DNA of 10,023 nucleotides, from assembly GCA_040400605.1 (NCBI GenBank), contig JBBAPZ010000021.1, forward strand, positions 1 to 10,023, in the 5' to 3' direction. The stretch comes from Candidatus Sericytochromatia bacterium (GTDB taxonomy: Bacteria > Cyanobacteriota > Sericytochromatia > S15B-MN24 > JAQBPE01). The stretch's first letter is position 1, and every line of letters starts with the position of its first letter. This document shows positions 7,328 to 10,023 of the stretch, one piece after another. Made by a program: the position numbers and the translations under genes. The notes beneath the pieces were generated by a model. It worked only from the letters and a program-made list of their open reading frames with translations, had not been told where the DNA came from and ran no database searches.

Positions 7328-7579
7328 CTTGCACCCCCCTTGCCAATCACCTGAACAACACCATCACACCCACCGACCCTTCAGCCGGTCTGCACGAAAC
7401 GCCCCCCGGACGCCACGCACAGCAACACACCCGCAGCAAGACCGAGCAGTCCGCACACGCATTACTTCTGAACCAACAGGTTCCGCGTGCTTTTTTGAGC
7501 GAAAACTTTGTAATGTGCCACGCTGGCCACCCGCGCTTAACCTTTTCTTTACTCTAATACAGCCAATACAGGATGTAAA

Positions 7580-7616
7580 ATGAATTGTTTTCATCTAAAT
7601 GATTAAAAATTTTCAT
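7580..7616. promoter_or_regulatory. LysR-type operator (recognition site plus second site) in the divergent promoter
   Basis: ATGAA-TTGTT-TTCAT (7580-7594) is a dyad containing T-N11-A; a second imperfect copy ATTAA-AAATT-TTCAT (7602-7616) lies 22 bp away in an AT-rich island just before the LysR RBS. Confidence 0.65.
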
Positions 7617-7632
7617 CAAAAAGGAGGGTGTG

Positions 7633-8535
7633 ATGTGGAATGGGCAGCAGTTGGAGGCGTTTTATCAGGTGGCGGTGGCGGGCGGGTATTATCAGGCGGC
7701 GGCGTTGTTGTGTATTACGCAGTCGGCGGTGACGCATCGCGTGAAGGCGTTGGAGGCGGAGTTGGGGGTGAAGCTGTTTGTGCCGGAGGGTCGACGGGTG
7801 GTGCTCAGTCGGGCGGGAGAGCGGTTGCTGGTGCATTGTCGTCAGATGCGGGTGATTGAGGGGGAGTGTTTGGCTGTGATGCGTGAGGAGGCGTCTGGTT
7901 GTCGGGGTCGGTTTAAGGTGGTGTGTGGGTCAGAGGCGGCGCGTTCACGTGTTTTGGCTGTGCTCACGACTTTGGCGCGGCAGGTGCCTGGATTGGATAT
8001 TGAGTTGTTGATTGATGATTGGGGTGATCCGCGGCGGTGGTTGCGAGCGGGGGAGGCGGAACTGGTGATTCTGGATCACCCGTATCAGGCACCGCATGTG
8101 GTTGTCGAGTCGTTATTCAATCTCGAGCATGTCCTGGTCGCCTGTGCCTCTGACTGCGCGGACTGGCCGGATGAGCCGGCGCGGTCGCAGTTGTTTGGTT
8201 TGCGGGCTGTGGATTTTCATGAACCGGATCGCACAACGCTAGAATTTTTGCAGCTGTGCTATCCAGATGAGGACCTGAGTGGCTTGCGGCGGCATTTTGT
8301 GAATGATGCGCACGGCATTTGTGACTGGGTATCTGCGGGTGGTGCCTTTGCGGTGTTGCCGCTTGAACTGGTAAGCCCTGCGCTGAGTCAAGGACGCTTG
8401 CGCCGTCTGTTTTCGGATACCAGTCGCACGCGCACCCTGTATGCGCACACGGCGTCGCAACAACATCCGGCGTGGCCGGAACTTGCAGGGCTGTTAGGTG
8501 CGGGCGGCAGCGCAGCTGAGGGTACGAATCGCTGA
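7633..8535 (+). CDS. LysR family transcriptional regulator
   Basis: QQLEAFYQVAVAGGYYQAAALLCITQSAVTHRVKALEAELGVKLF...LSRAGERL is the LTTR helix-turn-helix; 300 aa with a substrate-binding domain; RBS AAGGAGG at 7621-7627. Confidence 0.95.
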   Translation: MWNGQQLEAFYQVAVAGGYYQAAALLCITQSAVTHRVKALEAELGVKLFVPEGRRVVLSRAGERLLVHCRQMRVIEGECLAVMREEASGCRGRFKVVCGSEAARSRVLAVLTTLARQVPGLDIELLIDDWGDPRRWLRAGEAELVILDHPYQAPHVVVESLFNLEHVLVACASDCADWPDEPARSQLFGLRAVDFHEPDRTTLEFLQLCYPDEDLSGLRRHFVNDAHGICDWVSAGGAFAVLPLELVSPALSQGRLRRLFSDTSRTRTLYAHTASQQHPAWPELAGLLGAGGSAAEGTNR

Positions 8536-9030
8536 CGACAAAGCGCAAAACCCCTGCCAAACGCCCGGCTGAAACCCGATGAACCCACGATTGCCCCGGA
8601 TGGTGAAGTGCGTTCTCGCCGTTCCCGTCCGTTATACAGAACGCCGGTGAGTTGTGACCAAACTTGAGCGGTTTTTCAAAACGGCGAGTCATAGCCTGAG
8701 GTGTTGATTCTACCGACCAAAACCTCCCGAACGTCCAAAGCACCCGACATCTCATCAAGGGTTACTGCGGGACTCTCCATCGATTATGGCGTGGCATCAA
8801 TAGTGGGTAATGACGTTGGCATATCGATCAAGCCCGAAGCATCAACAAGAAATCCCCAGCCACGCGTGGATCACGCGAGCGGTGACGCCAACACGTCACG
8901 ATAGGCACGAACAAACTCTTTTTAAGCGACACAGGGCTAGCGTGTCAATGAATCTTCAGTTTGCGCGATGCGTGCATCAAAGACTGGCGGCGAAGTTAAA
9001 AGCCAAAATTTATCACTCAGCACTGCGAGT

Positions 9031-9702
9031 CTATCGCACCTGTTGAGACTCACCTGATGGCACGGGTTGTTGCCAAGCAGCAGGCACGTAAATGCTGGAT
9101 ACCTGCTCAGGCGTCGGTCCTGGGAGGATTTGACCATTCACCAGCACACCCCGGTCGGTTGCGCCTAAAGCCTTGGCTGAATCCACTGCGTATACCCCAA
9201 TTCGTGCATGCGCTGAGTACACGCCGGGTTTGGTGATCACAATCCCCCCTGGCTCCATTAAACCAGCATTTTTCTGATCCAGTCGCCTCAGTCCAAGCGA
9301 CGCTGCATTAGCTGGCTCGCTCAACCAGCCGTCGAAAGTCGCTGCACTTTGCAATGCCTGGTCTGGAATTTTGGTCGCGTCAACGCCATACGGGGGTTGC
9401 GCCATCCAGTCCAATACACGCTTCAGTCCCATTCCAGCCGAGGGACTATTAATTGTATCCCGGTATGCGACATCCGCGAGTGTGGATATCCGCACCGATT
9501 GCTGAGCAGCAGGTGAATCACCGGCTCCTTGCAACCCCAAGTTCGACGGACGGAGCCGATTTGTCATAATTCTCAAATCTTCTATCAATCTCGGAATTTC
9601 GGCAGCCGGATCCGGCGGCGTCGCCGCAGACGGCGGTGTATTAGCCGCTGACGGTCTTGGAAGTGGACTCGGCTGGCCGTTAGTGATTGGTTCGAAACCC
9701 AT
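9031..9702 (-). CDS. Hypothetical protein: Pro/Ser/Ala-rich N-terminus plus a degenerate CHAP/NlpC-P60-like domain
   Basis: 223-aa ORF with strong RBS (GGAGGT) upstream; no signal peptide. The domain resemblance is by eye only (SAGMGLKRV...SAATF...PGGIVI...HARIGVY). Confidence 0.7.
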   Translation of the reverse strand: MGFEPITNGQPSPLPRPSAANTPPSAATPPDPAAEIPRLIEDLRIMTNRLRPSNLGLQGAGDSPAAQQSVRISTLADVAYRDTINSPSAGMGLKRVLDWMAQPPYGVDATKIPDQALQSAATFDGWLSEPANAASLGLRRLDQKNAGLMEPGGIVITKPGVYSAHARIGVYAVDSAKALGATDRGVLVNGQILPGPTPEQVSSIYVPAAWQQPVPSGESQQVR

Positions 9703-9823
9703 TTTGGATCGACCTCCATGACGTTAGTGACGTAACGGCTGATGATCTGCTCGCCGAACGGTGCTCTTCATCTAGTTCTTCATACCCGTCCGAAGGGACT
9801 GTTAAACAACAAAACCACACCGG

Positions 9824-9950
9824 AACCATCAGATTGAACGATCGGAGGTGCCTGATGCCGGGACCAGCATGACGCAAAAAGACCATGCCATGGTGCCACT
9901 GACCGCAGCATCCGAAAACGTTTAACAAACAATCAGCTAATCTGATGGTT
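9824..9950. repeat. Perfect 12-bp inverted repeat enclosing 103 nt; candidate structured RNA or DNA element
   Basis: AACCATCAGATT (9824-9835) and AATCTGATGGTT (9939-9950) are exact reverse complements. Confidence 0.6.
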
Positions 9951-10023
9951 GGGACCATCCACGCGTATGATGAAACGTGGGGCTTTGTGGGCACGTGTTG
10001 CTTGAGTAGCCATGCGTGGCTCA

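Noticed and set aside
8117..8758. 213-aa minus-strand ORF as an intact gene
   Set aside because: About two-thirds overlaps lysR antisense, and there is no convincing RBS or full domain.
9685..9705. tRNA T-arm-like GGTTCGAAACCC
   Set aside because: The stem is mismatched, no cloverleaf can be built, and it coincides with the start of the 223-aa CDS.
9735..9765. Hammerhead ribozyme core (CTGATGA...GAA)
   Set aside because: No stem II pairing between CTGATGA and GAA, the GAAA is incomplete, and no flanking stems were found.
9680..9994. 104-aa minus-strand ORF
   Set aside because: No RBS or motif, it overlaps the next gene's start, and the region is better explained as structured non-coding DNA.

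Overview
Bacterial chromosomal window with no rRNA, tRNA, transposase, integrase or CRISPR array. Left to right: (-) a caleosin/peroxygenase-like protein with a lipoprotein signal peptide; (-) the two-gene kamD-kamE operon (AdoCbl/PLP-dependent lysine 5,6-aminomutase) divergent from (+) a PadR regulator; (-) a hotdog-fold acyl-CoA thioesterase; (-) a translationally coupled pair of uncharacterised lipoproteins, the larger with one CxxCH motif, divergent from (+) a LysR regulator with a clear T-N11-A operator; about 500 bp of hairpin-rich non-coding DNA; (-) a 223-aa protein resembling a CHAP/NlpC-P60 amidase without its catalytic residues; and a non-coding end containing a perfect 12-bp inverted repeat. 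The best candidates for undescribed biology are the lipoprotein-anchored caleosin lacking the proline knot, the LysR-linked two-lipoprotein CxxCH module, the pseudo-amidase, and the IR-bounded structured element. All family calls come from motif recognition by eye; no searches were run, and the organism cannot be identified from this window.
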